This document shows positions 1 to 12,000 of a stretch of 64,000 nucleotides of DNA, in pieces. The position numbers and the translations under genes were made by a program. This DNA comes from Selaginella moellendorffii. Its lineage: Eukaryota > Plantae > Lycopodiophyta. The stretch is from contig NW_003314442.1 of the NCBI RefSeq assembly GCF_000143415.4, positions 1 to 64,000 of the forward strand, given 5' to 3'. Positions within the stretch are counted from its first letter, which is position 1. Each line of letters starts with the position of its first letter. The notes below the pieces were generated by a model that had not been told where the DNA came from, made no database searches, and was given only the letters and a program-made list of their open reading frames with translations.

Positions 1-843
1 TTCTGATTGCATCCATCAAGGAGGAGTCCTGAGGGGCCAGGGAAATTGCCATAACTTGAAGCCGATCAAGACCGAGGATAACTTGATCCTGTTGATCGAA
101 GGCAGGATTACCAGGCCTGAGACTGAGATAGGAGCGCCTTGAAAGAGCATCAGGAAGGCCTTGAAACTTTCCAGGTCTGTACTTGATAACAAAGTCAAAC
201 CGACTCAGGAATTGTGCCCACCTTGCTTGACGACGGCTTAAAACTCGGGAAGTGGCAAAGTACTCGAGATTTTTGTGATCCGTCCAGACTGTTGTTTGAT
301 GGCTCGCCCCCTCCAAGAAACGGCGCCACGATCTTCAATCCGATGATCTCGCTAGCGACATTTTCCCCCATCTTCAGGCTGGACACCCAGTGACTCCCGA
401 CTGCCGGCGATTTGACGAGTTCGAGTTCTTAGATCCCGACTGCCGGCGATTTGACCGGTTCCATCTTAGACTCCATCTCGGACTCCATCTCAGGTCCACC
501 TCGGACTCCAATTCGGGTCTATCTCAGACTCCATCTCGGGTCCATCTCGGGTCCATCTCGAACTCCATCTTAGGTCCATCTCAGACTCCATCTCGGGTCC
601 ACCTTGGACTCTTCCATGTGTCATGTGTTGGACCTTTTGGGTCCCTTTTTGGAGCCTTGCTTATTGCTCGCTTCGTGCTCACTCCTCGAGCATGTTGTTG
701 AGAGTTCCACTCCCGCTCTCGACCTTTCAAGTAGGAGCTTTTAGTCCAAATGTGTTACGCTCGTTTGGTTTTCGCTTTGGCCACTACCACATGGCACCCT
801 CTCCGGCTCCACTTTGGGGCCTAGGGATTTTGTGTCTCACACA
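1..843. mobile_element. Probable LTR retrotransposon end/LTR inserted into the pogo element
   Basis: Non-coding and repeat-rich. It ends in ...TGTGTCTCACACA at 843 (reads TG... on the minus strand), after which AT-rich transposon-like sequence begins abruptly. No PBS or pol motif recognised. Confidence 0.4.
460..612. repeat. Tandem minisatellite of 11-12 bp units (ACTCCATCTCGG / GTCCATCTCGG variants)
   Basis: About 12 degenerate copies are visible. A 21-bp direct repeat CCCGACTGCCGGCGATTTGAC occurs just before, at ~396 and ~434. Confidence 0.9.
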
Positions 844-3823
844 TTGATGGCCTTAACATTGTCCATTTGTTGCCACGAGGAGTGAGGGCAATGTGGGATA
901 AGGACATTCTCCAAGTAACTACAAGCAAGCCAAGAGATATTAGAGAAACAAGCAAATTTGTTACTTTTGTATTTAGTGTTTGCTTGGCATTAGAGATTCT
1001 AGGACTTCATGCATTCTTTTATTTTATTTTTTCTCATTGCTTCCTCTTCTTTCTCCCTTTTTTTTTTAAGGCTTCTAATTTTTTCTTCTCTATTGCTTGA
1101 GCTTTTCTAGCTGTTGCTTCTTCCCTCTCCTTTTTCTTGATGGCTGCTACTTCTTTCTTTTTTATTGTTGTTTCTTCTCTTTCCTTTTTCCTTGCAGCCC
1201 TTTCAATTGCTTCCAATTTTTTTTGCTTCTCATGTGCTTCTTTTGCAGTGGCAATTGCTTTGACAACACTAGTGAATTCTAGACTTGTTGAAATAGTTCC
1301 AGCACTAGCTTGCAACACTGGTCCAAGTCGAGGATGACTTTGCACCCTTGAAAATAATTTTGTATGCAAGTATGCCACCCAACTGTTTTCTAATTGCCAT
1401 CCAGGCACATCCACGTGTTGCTCATGCTGCTCAGCTTGATGCTCTAGCAAAACTCTTGTGAATGAGAATTAAGAAGTGCTTTTTACCTAGCTGCTCAAGT
1501 TGTCTAGGAAGTTCAAGATGCTCAAGCTGGTCATGATCACTGCTTGCTTGCTACTTAGGCTACATTGGATGTTGTAGATGGACCGCAGCCTACACTAGAT
1601 CCTCATGCTGTTCAGGTTGCACTAGATCCTACTCAAGTCCTAGTTCTGATTGAGGTGGCTGCCGATCTCTTGGTCTCCCAGCTCCAAAGTGTTTTTGAAG
1701 TCTGCTTCAAAGTCGTCGAGAGATACTACATGGAGTGTACTTGGACCAAAGTGAGTGTCCATAGCATTCTTGTTCAATGGCCATAAACCACTTGCTCTAA
1801 AATTGGATTGGATGTTTGTAGGTGTCAGAGCCATAGCCATGGCTCTACTGGATAACTGTATGAGATCTTGACAATTGACTTCGTGTCTTAGATGTCCAAG
1901 AGTGTGTTCATCCATGCACTGCTTGAAGTAACACTTGTATGGCCCAAAACATGCAATGTCTAATAGCTGCATGTGGTGAGAAGTATATGCTGGAAGAAGA
2001 ATCACATCCACACCTAACATTCTTGCTATGTCAAGTGCAACCTTTGTGACATAGGATTTGTGGCCATCAACAATGAGAGCATGGCAGTTTGTAGGTGAGC
2101 ATCCATTAGGTACTGATTTCACAAAGTGTTCAAGCCATTGTGGCCACAAGTTGTCTGTCATCCAGGCTTTCTTACTGATGGTGAATGTAGCTCCAACTTC
2201 ACAATCTGCAATCCAATTTTGCATCCTCCACTCACCTTTGAAGATATAAAAGCCAGGTATTCGTCCACCTACTGCATTTATGGCCACTAGAACAGTCATG
2301 TGCTTTGTGTTATTTGGGACGATTCGGTAACAAGATCTTGCACCTCGAGCAGCTAACACTTTGACACCTCCAGAACGATTAGCCCAAATGCTAGTTTCGT
2401 CAGCATTCCAGATATGATCTGCCTCATAGTTGTTTCCAATGTAAGTTGCTTCCAAGTTTTTGTAGAATTGTGCCAAACTACTTGATTCAAGGACTTTGCT
2501 CGTTGCAACTCCAAGGCCTCAGTGACTTTGTTACTGATCTCTAGATGTCTTTTCATAAAACCTTTGCACCATTTTTGACTTAGTCCTCCTTCTATCCAGG
2601 TAATTACTCTGCCAGTAACTAATAGCTTTGCTGCATCTTTCAATTGATTGAAAGTGAGTGGATAATTGATTTCAGCTTGAGCTTTCATCAAAGATGCAAG
2701 AGACTCTTCTTCCGATGATGTAAGAATGGTGGGAGGACCTGGTCGTCCTATGCTATGTCCCCTTAACTAATCTCACAAAGTCGTCCAGACATGCCACACT
2801 CTTCCACCTCATGCATAGCCTTCTTTATTGATTCTTCATTCCATATTCTAATTGCATGCTTCTGGCTACGTGCTGTCACTTAAATCCTTCCTGTAAGAAC
2901 CAAAAAATTCATTGCTAATGATTACAGATGTAAAACTCACATATACACCCTATAGGGAATTTAGGTTTGAAGAACCTTTAGGGTGTCCTTGCAGCAAGAG
3001 GTAATTATCTGTTTCCATTTCAGATTTTTAACTGGACTTGCTTCCAGCTCATGGTGTAGAGAAGTCTGGCAGCTCTTGTCCCTGAAAGTGTACTTGAAAT
3101 CCAATGTCCTAGCATTATAAAGGTAAAAGATCGTCAGGTTGAAAGAAGAAGAAATGTCTGACTTCTCTACTGTTTGTCCATGTCTTGTAAGTCAGCATCC
3201 AGCCACGCACGAAAAGCCCAGAATGGGACAGCCTCTGGGAGCTACTAGTATTTGCGCACAAGCTCTTGAAAGTTGCGTTCTTTTGCCCTGTAGTATGCTG
3301 GTTTCTTGTTATAGAATTTTGACTAGGCAAGGAAATGGCATGCAATGTGCTTAGTGTATGCATATTGTGTTGGCTAAGTTTTGTAGTTGATTGAATAGTA
3401 AATCTTGTGATAGGATCTAAGAAATTATTAAGAAATGAATGTTTTTCTTCTTCAAAAGAATGGCATATCTCAAAAATTGATGTATTCTTTCCAACTTTTT
3501 TCACTTTTGAGATACTTTGACCCTATGATGAAATGTAGCTTGATGAATAGTTGAAGTCAACAAATTTTTTGTTTCTACAGTTTTATTAAGTTCTCTTCTA
3601 AACTCAAGAATAGAGATGAAATAGAGCAATGGAATGAGTTCCTTTTCTTTTAAATAGCTAGATTTTTAATTGAAAAAAGTGATGAATTCTTAGATGACAC
3701 TCAAATCCATCATAATTTAAAATGCCATAGAACCTGCCAAAAAATTGCCACATAATTTTCCATTTGTCACATGGACAAGGTTTGAGGGGTGGCCGGAATT
3801 AAGGAGAATTGGGCCCATTACCC
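844..3823 (-). mobile_element. Degenerate pogo-superfamily (Tc1/mariner) DNA transposon
   Basis: Contains an HTH ORF (2353-2691) and a DDE_1-type ORF (1640-2476). Candidate terminus on the minus strand is TA|GGGTAATGGGCCC...CCGGCCACCCC, with TA at 3824-3825. The other end was not seen. Confidence 0.75.
1640..2691 (-). pseudogene. Frameshifted pogo/Fot-like transposase (HTH CENP-B/Tc5 + DD35D)
   Basis: Motifs KWCKGFMKRH, IWNADETS, LIVDGHKSY and LLPAYTSHHMQLLD. Two overlapping frames are joined by a frameshift near 2476. Confidence 0.85.
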
Positions 3824-3925
3824 TAAAAGCTCCATTAAATTCTAGCGCGTTTTGTTTCTAAATTCCCGCGTTGGCTGTAAATAGTATTTTCCTTGCATTT
3901 TTTTATTTTAGGGCAACCAGGGGCA

Positions 3926-5088
3926 ATGGAGGCGGTCGTGGCGGATCTTCACAACCAGCTCGGAAAGAAGAGCAGCTTCGAGAGCGCGGCCACGGCGCTG
4001 GCATCTCTCTTCCGCGATCGCTATGACGGGGCCACGGCGGCGGAGAAGAGAGCGGTGAGTGAGCGATCTGATTCCTGTGAGAGGATTGATTTGAGCCAGG
4101 GAGAGTGTGTAGATGTACGCAGCTGCTTGCCGAGCGGGCTCGCTCCTTCAGAGCCGCTACACTGGAAAAGGATTCTGGATTGCTGGGCAGATACTGTTTG
4201 AGGAAGCTGGAGATGCCATCACAGACCCGCAAGAGCAGGAGAACATGATGAACTGGCTCACTAAGGCTCACGAGTTTCTCCACGAGGACGAAGACAATTC
4301 ACCGCCACAGCAGCAAGCGCAAGCAGGACCAAGTGCGTATGCAAATTTTTCTTTTAGTCTTTGTCTCCAACCGCCTCGTGAACAGGCTCACCATTTTTGT
4401 TCGAGGGACAATTGACTGTCGATCCGGAGCCACGACCTCCGCTATGGCTTCTCGCTCCGACTACGTATCATTACGGACCGGCACAGCTTGATGGTGAAGG
4501 CGAACATGACGACGAAGAGCTGGAGGATTATGTGCAGTCACTCACAGCGCTGGAGAACTTTGTGATTGAACAGGCAGTTCGGCTAAGCCAGGTAACGTGT
4601 TAGATGCCACCAAACTTCACAGCGATTCGAGTTATCTCTTCTTCTGTGCCTTGCAGGAGCAGGATACTCAGAAAGGACCACCTCCAGCTTCCAAGGACGA
4701 AGTCGCGAAGCTTTCCATCGTGCGCGTGACCGAGGAAGTGCTGAAGGGCCTGGGCGATGGAACCGAGTGTGCAGTTTGCAGAGAAGTTTTGGTGGTCGGC
4801 GATGAGATGCAAGAGATGCCTTGCAAACACTACTTCCATCCTCTCTGTCTCAAGCCATGGCTGGTACGTGTGCTGTTTTTTTTTTTTTTTTTCTGGATTC
4901 GTGTCTTGGCTGAGAAACGTTATATGACGTTCGCGCAGGAGGAGCACAACTCGTGCCCGGTTTGCAGGTACGAGATGCGCACCGACGACCACGAGTACGA
5001 GAGCAGAAAGGAGCGCGAAGCGGAAGCCGAAGCCGAGAGGAAAGGTGCGGCCAATGCACTTCCGGGTCTCGACTTCATGTACGTATAA
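3926..5088 (+). CDS. AIP2: RING-H2 E3 ubiquitin ligase, AIP2 (ABI3-interacting protein 2)-like; multi-exon
   Basis: N-terminal LGKKSSFE...SRYTGKGFW, then FLFEGQLTVDPEP, PPPASK, the C3H2C3 RING CAVC...MPCKHYFH..C..PWL..HNSCPVCR, and C-terminal ERKGAANA...FMYV. Canonical GT-AG introns. Confidence 0.9.
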
Positions 5089-5160
5089 GTAGATTAAAAG
5101 CGATTGTGGAACAACTTTTGTTCCCCTAGGCAGTACGTACTAATAAAACAGGATAGATCT

Positions 5161-5823
5161 TCACCGCCATTTCGATCCAACCAGGCTGAAATCCTGGCTA
5201 TCTTCGTAGAGAATGCTTCTGATGGTCATGGCGAATGCTGCTGCCGCAGAAACGCCGCCGGTGTTTGTCACGGTTTGGACGTATGGTGGAGCAGGCCCGA
5301 TTGCAGCCTAAGAAAGACAGAAAGAACAAGCTTGATCGAGTTTCCGAAGTACCTCAACAGCTTGTAGTTTTCTGAGGTACCACTCTCGCTCGAACAAAAC
5401 ACCAAGGTAAGATTTATCCAGCTCGTTTTCTGCCTCACCTGTAAGCAAGAAACGTCTCTGGTTCTCAAGAACTAGCCGAGGCGAGGTCTTACGGATCATA
5501 GAGTGGACTTCCAGTAGTCGCCGGAGATGCATGATGGGTTTCTTTAAGAGAGCCTTGCTCTCGACACTGATAACCTCGAGTGTGTGTTACTTTCCCAAGA
5601 TCTAATAGCAAGAAACACATTTTTGAGAGACCTGCTGGACTGGGAGTCTATGTCTTGAAAAATCTCTCGCAAGTTCTCCCACACGTCAGTGCTGGTGCTC
5701 TCCGAGTTTTGCGTTCCATCGTTGTCCAGAGAAAGAGCTCCGCCTGGAGAAAACATGAGAAAAAGATGGCAACACTATCTCCATACCAGCGTCAGAAGCT
5801 GCATTGTGGAGCTCTTCTTCCAT
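5161..5823 (-). CDS. Small (~150 aa) five-exon protein with EB1 C-terminal (EBH)-like motif and no CH domain
   Basis: Manual splicing of four GT-AG introns gives an open frame MEEELHNAASDAGG...HSMIREAENELDKSYLGVLFEREWYLRKLQAVE...AMTIRSILYEDSQDFSLVGSKWR*. Confidence 0.65.
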
Positions 5824-6012
5824 GGAAGCAAGACAGAAAAGAAAGAAAACTAAAGACCTAGATTCCAAAATATACCCGCAGTTCAAGTTATTTACAAGCA
5901 AGCTATGTACAATATGTACGTGAAAAAAGAGAGCAATCACTTGACACTTACACCGTTGGTCATCTCACTCTCACTCCTCGTTCACTACTCTCGCTTCTAC
6001 CATTCTACAAAA

Positions 6013-9000
6013 CTAATAAGCCAGTGACGTGAAGAGACCAACACCCCTGTTTATCCAGTGTGATTGATCTTCCTTGGAAGGCAGCTCTATATACATGACA
6101 AAGTTTGTCGAGTGACCAGTAGTCGATAGTGTTCCTGAAAAACGAGAGAGATTCTTGTGAACTTAAATGTTTTAACTCGCAAGGAGGGAGTGATCTGCGT
6201 ACCTGCGCGAACCAGTGTCTTGTAAACCGGGCACTCGTAGATGCCTTCCGTGGGAGCCTTCCTAAACTGGAGAGGCTTGAGCCACACCACCGGGAGCTCC
6301 GTGTACAACTCCTTGGGCCTGGATTCGTCCAGGACGTGCTGCTCGTAGTTCCACCGGCATCCCTCGAGGTATAGGCCCCGGATGTAGCAGCCATCGTCCG
6401 GGGGCTGCTTGATGGTGTCGTAAGTTCTGTCGTCAATGATCACGAAGTCGAAGCCCACGGTATCGATGGGGTATCTGTACTTTCTCGCAAAGTTTTGCAG
6501 TGTTCCCGTCAGGAAGGCCTGGGCGTGTTTGAGAGATGAGTTTAGCTTGCTGCTCGGAGACGTAAAGAAAAACAGGAGAAGCAAACCTGAGGGAAGAAAA
6601 ATCCTGAAATCCAAAACACGGGAGGAGCACCGTTCCTTATCCATGTACTGATGAAATTTGTTCGCTCCAATAGATCAGCCACCCAAGCCGAAAGAGGTTT
6701 CAACGAAGGATAAGCCTTACCAGCCCACATTTCAGGCACCTGCAAATATGCTCCAAAGGTTTTAACAATCTATACTACGAAACGGAAGAACGAATGACAA
6801 GAAAGTTTACCTGGTTATTGAAGATGCTAGAGCACACCATCTCAAGTTCCATGGACATGACCACGAGACCTATGAGAGCCTTGAGAGCGTCATTGAGCGA
6901 TGTCTTCATGACCGAGAGAAGACCATTGTACCGAATGCACTCCTGCGTCAGCACGGTGTTCATACTCTCGCTATACATGGTGGGATACAACTGCAGGACC
7001 GCCTCCACGTCAAACACCGAAGGCAACTTCTCCAGAATGTCACGGCACGACTTCTCGATCATCTCTTCCCGGGACAAGCCCCCTCCTCCGGAGCTCTGCT
7101 CCCTTGGTTGCAGCATGAGCACGGTGTTGAAGAGGTCGTACGACTCGTTCTGGTCGCAAGTGATGTCCGCGTTCTCGTGAAGTCCAAAGATTTCTGGCTT
7201 TGGTGCAAGTGGTAGCTCTTTGATGTAAGCCAGGAACTGATTCACGTTAGAGGCTTCTGGAACTCGAAATACACCCGATGGACTGAAGAAGTATTGAGAT
7301 GTTTCTACCACCTGAGAGAAAAAGTGGAAATAGTGAGCGTAGAACCAAGGGAAAAACACCATGTGCCGTACATTGGGATTGATAAAAATCAAAAGAAGAT
7401 TGTTGATGAGCCTCCTGTCTTTGTCGTCTGTAACTCGTCCTCCATAGTTGATTTCTCCACACAAGAATCGAATGACCTGCAAGCAATGCGGGTAGTTAGA
7501 TTCGGATCTTTGCTCGCAGCAGTACAAACCTTGTATGGGATTTCCTGATAGTCGTTCAAAAACATTCTGATCTGAGTTTGGCATACACTCAAATCTCCGT
7601 CAGTAAACTCGTACCGGATGTTCCAGCCAAGTGGTCCGAACTTGCGTCTCTCTTGAATGACAGCATGGAACAAGCAGCTTGCAAAAATAAGCTTCTTCCA
7701 CTCGTCTGGTTTTGCGCAGTCGCTCAAGATCTTGTCGGTGAAACGCAAGTAGGACCTCGCAAGATTGGATTTCAATCCCTTGGGTGGTTCCAGCGTCATC
7801 TTTACACCATTTTGAAGGATAGAAACAGGAAAGTCTGGACTGGGCATGCTTGTCAGCCACAGCCGGAAATCCTTGTGAACCTACAAAGGAATTCTTCCTT
7901 GTAATTCACAAAAAAAAAATAAAAAAATCCAATCTTGTACCTTCTCTGGATCAATATTGTCCACAATACGCTCCAAAGCTGGCATCCATGACTGGGACAA
8001 GTGGCAATTCTGTAAGCACACCCACATTCCTCGTTCCATACCAAGCTCTAGCAACTTTTCTGCCTTGGGACCTTGTCCTTGGCCCAAAGACACCTGGTGA
8101 TAGTCAAACGGTTAAGAACAAGTTCTAACGAGCTCGTGTACGTACCTTTTCGAACTTCTTGGTAAATCTCAGTTCATCAGCAAGCTTCAGTAGATCTGCC
8201 ATAGGATCTGCACCTGCTGAGAGAACGAATATAAGCGGTGATGAGTTGGATCCATCCTTATAACATGCACCCAGATCAAATGCTGGCGGCTCTATGAATC
8301 GTTGTCCCATTGTTGCAGCAACGAAGTCTTGAACACCGAGAAGAGCCTTGTCTACCCGAAGGCATCGAAGTATCAGCAACTTTTGGAGCATGCTGAGCTT
8401 TGTGTCCCATTCACCAGCCAGGGGCTCTCGATGAGCTTCCGGGCTGTCAAAATACTTTCTATAGTGTCCTACGTTCTCGGCCACGTGTTTATCAAGGCCC
8501 TGGTAGTTTGGAAGCTTGCTAAGGTTGGCAATTTCAATCCAGGACTGAAAGGTAGGCCACCGTAACGTTCAGTAGGGTGAGAAAAAAACAGGAAGAACCA
8601 GATGTACCTTGTCAGTAAGCCATGAAGGTGCTGGATTTGGACTGAGTGCACTTGAACTGGCAGCACCAGCCAGTAGAAACCGCCACTCGGCGGGATCAAC
8701 TTCTTTCCGTCCCTGTAGATATATGTCAGAAAGAGTTCAACAAGAACATAAATTCCATGCCTGCATAATCTTGATGCAAAGAAGGAACGAAAACATGAGC
8801 TTGTGCTTTTCGAAAAGCGACCGACAGATATTCACGTACAAGGAATACGTGAAGTATTCGTTTAAATTCTCAATTCGCTTGTCAATGATGGAAGCTTGCG
8901 CAGCACTTTCAATAGCTCGACCAAATAAGTTGATGAACCAAGCAAGACTGTACTGATACATGGGATCCACAATGGCCAAGTCCGAAATACAGAAAAATAG

Positions 9001-12000
9001 AATAGAGGCCCTTGTTGCCACTTTGCGATACACCTGACCATAGACCGAACTTTTCTATTGAGTTTGGGACACGATAGAAAGCTTACTTCACGTGTCTCGT
9101 CAATGGCAATTTCTGTCTTCTCGGCTTCAGCAACCTTAATGGTGATTTCATCCGAAGTTACCTTGGACTGTGCTAAAGTATTTATAAGTACTTCATCCTC
9201 TAATATGTCACCCTGTCGCAACGACACAACTGTGAGAAAATGGCGGAGACAAGCACAACGGTGTCACTGACCTGAGCATTTGATAGAAGAAACAATATTT
9301 TGGACTCAATTTCCTTAAGCTCGCGCTTCATGTTGGCATTCGAGACGACAAGCTGGTTCTTCATTTCAGCAAGATCAGGCCTTTCCTTGGTAACAACTTG
9401 ACCCAGAAGCTGATCCTCAAGACCCTCCATAGTCACGAAAAAATTAAGCAGTGTTACCTTCACGCACACCTGTCCGGAAACAAAGGCATTCAAAGAAACA
9501 TGACAGTTTCCATAGCCATACCTCCGGTGCATAGTGAGGATTTCGAAGCTTTGTTGTCATATAAAACCGGAAATCTTTATGGTATGGAATAAGATTGTCG
9601 CCTATCTTAATGACTTCTGTTCCTCCCTGCTTGAAAGTCAACCTTAGCAGAAGAGGTTCCAATGCTGGCTCTAATGTTTCCCAGATGTTTTCTAGCAGCA
9701 CCACTCTGCCAAACCGGACAGCATTTTCAAGAGTCCGTAGGTAATCCCTTTCGCTAAGTTTAATCACGTCCAAACCAGTTTCTCTGTACATGTTTTTCAC
9801 CCATTTGTTTGCTTGACCCTGCGCATGAGAAAAAAAGAAAAGAAAAAAGAGTACAGGAACCAATTTTATTGTGCTCAATTCACCTGTGGATCAATCATGA
9901 GAGGCCAGCGTCGCGCTTTGAAGACAATAATGCCGTTGTCCTCACTTAGAGAGTCACTAGGTAGCCCAGCAATATTCCAAGCTCGCATCTTCACGGGGTC
10001 TTTAAGCACAGCTTGAAGAGTAACACCACGCGTATGTGGCAGCTGAAAGACGGTAACGGTCAGTTCCAGTAGATGCAAGTTACAACATGGTCACTTACTT
10101 GCAGCGTTTGCAACAGCTTTACCCATTCCTGATTGAGACGTAGCCTGTATTGGGGGGTAAACGGCCCTGTATAGGCAATTGCTCCAGCGGCAACAGCAAC
10201 ATCACCAACAATGTTTTCCATGTCATCGGTGAGGTTTATAATAGTCTCGTTCCACCTCTTCCTTTCACCACCCAAGCCTCCGATCAGTTTTGAAGCACGC
10301 TCCATTTTTTTCTCGCAATCGCTTTTTTGCTTGGCAAGGTCTTCCTTCTTCTTTATTGCAGCATTCAGCTGTGCTTCCAACCTAGCTATTTTTTCTTCCA
10401 CCTATAATGAAGGATATACAGTTAGACATAAGCGGAGCATACTCAAAACGATACCTCTTTTAGCTTAGCCTGTGCCGCCTGGAGTTTTCCCATCGTTTCA
10501 TCAAGTAACGCTTGAGCTACTGCAAGTTGCTCCCGCTTCGGACGGACTATCTTAAGCACCTGATAATACTGGTGCATTGCTCGCACCCACATACATATTG
10601 ATGTGCAAGCCTTTGAAACTCTAGCGACCTGCAGCAAACGTATGAGCAACCTGCAGGTCGTTTAACATTACGTGCCTGTTCTGGCGTGAATGTTTCCAGT
10701 GCAAGATATGGTTCAATTTTCTGAATCGTAGCCTCTTGTATATTCTCTCTGTCAAACTGCAATAGAGAGTCTAAAAACTTCTGAGGGTCTGTCAGTAACT
10801 TTGTGCTGGGATCCCAATAGTCGGGTATTTTCTTTCCAAGCTGTTCAAGTTGAAAAATTTGGAGAGTCAGCATCGATCCAGAAACTCAAAAAGCCTTACT
10901 CTGTTGGGATCATTGACCATCTTCGGTGGCACGACAAACATGATACAAGTGGCTTCCATCACAAGCTTAACTCCTTCTGGTGGGTTTCGCAAGGACTTGA
11001 CTTCGACAAGATCATTCTTCGTGAGAGCTTTCAAAGCGGACAAGGCGGACTCCAGTGCAGGCATGGCCTGATCAAGGTCGTTTTGTGCACTGTCAGCAAT
11101 TGCTTTGGCGTCAGCAGCTTGGGCATTGGCGTCTGCTTCTTGTTGAGACACCTGCCAAAAACCAAACACATCTAAGTTCAACGCTTCACGTCAGATGATC
11201 AAGTTACCGCTTGCTTCGTAACATCTGCATCTTTCTTATCTTGCCCGATGGCAACCATCATTTCATCAGCTTCTTTCGCAGTTGCTTCGAGAATAGGCTG
11301 CAAAGCAACCAGCTCCTTTTGCATGACTTCAACATCAGCTGCCGTAGTCAGCAGCTTGTCCAATCCTATCTCCAGCCTCGATCGAAGTCCCTCAAGTTCG
11401 TCGCGCTTCTCCTCCAGAAGCTTGATGTATGTCGAGAGAAGTTCGAGGTAGCTCGTTGGTGTCACGTAGTTGTACCGACGTAGTTCCTCATAGAACTCTT
11501 TTGAACGCCTCTCCACAGATTGATGAATATACACACAGACTGTAACTATCTTCGCAATCTGAAAGTACCACAGGGGGGCAACAGATTGAATAAGAAAAGA
11601 AAGAGATTGTATACATACCTGTTCATTGTCCAGCATTTGAGTAGCATTCAAAAAGTTCCTCGCGACCGACTGAAGGGCCTCTTCAGGCCATTCACGAAAC
11701 CAGTCGATGGTACAGCAGTTGACAAGAGAGGGGAACATGCGAAGCCGGGTCCGAAATGCGTCTCCTATGGGACTCATGCAGATGACAAGATGGAGATTTC
11801 GCCGCACGCGCTTCAAAAATAACGTATAAAGTGCAAGCTTCGTGGCCGGAAGCCCCAGGGACAAGAGAATAGGCCGCATTGCATTTGAGATAAGATCCAT
11901 ATCCTCATTTTTCCATAGGTTTGGCACCTGAAGTCTTCGTAAGGAAGGGATTAAACGTGAAAAAATGTTACCTCGCCAGAGTTCAGGATATTGTTGATAT

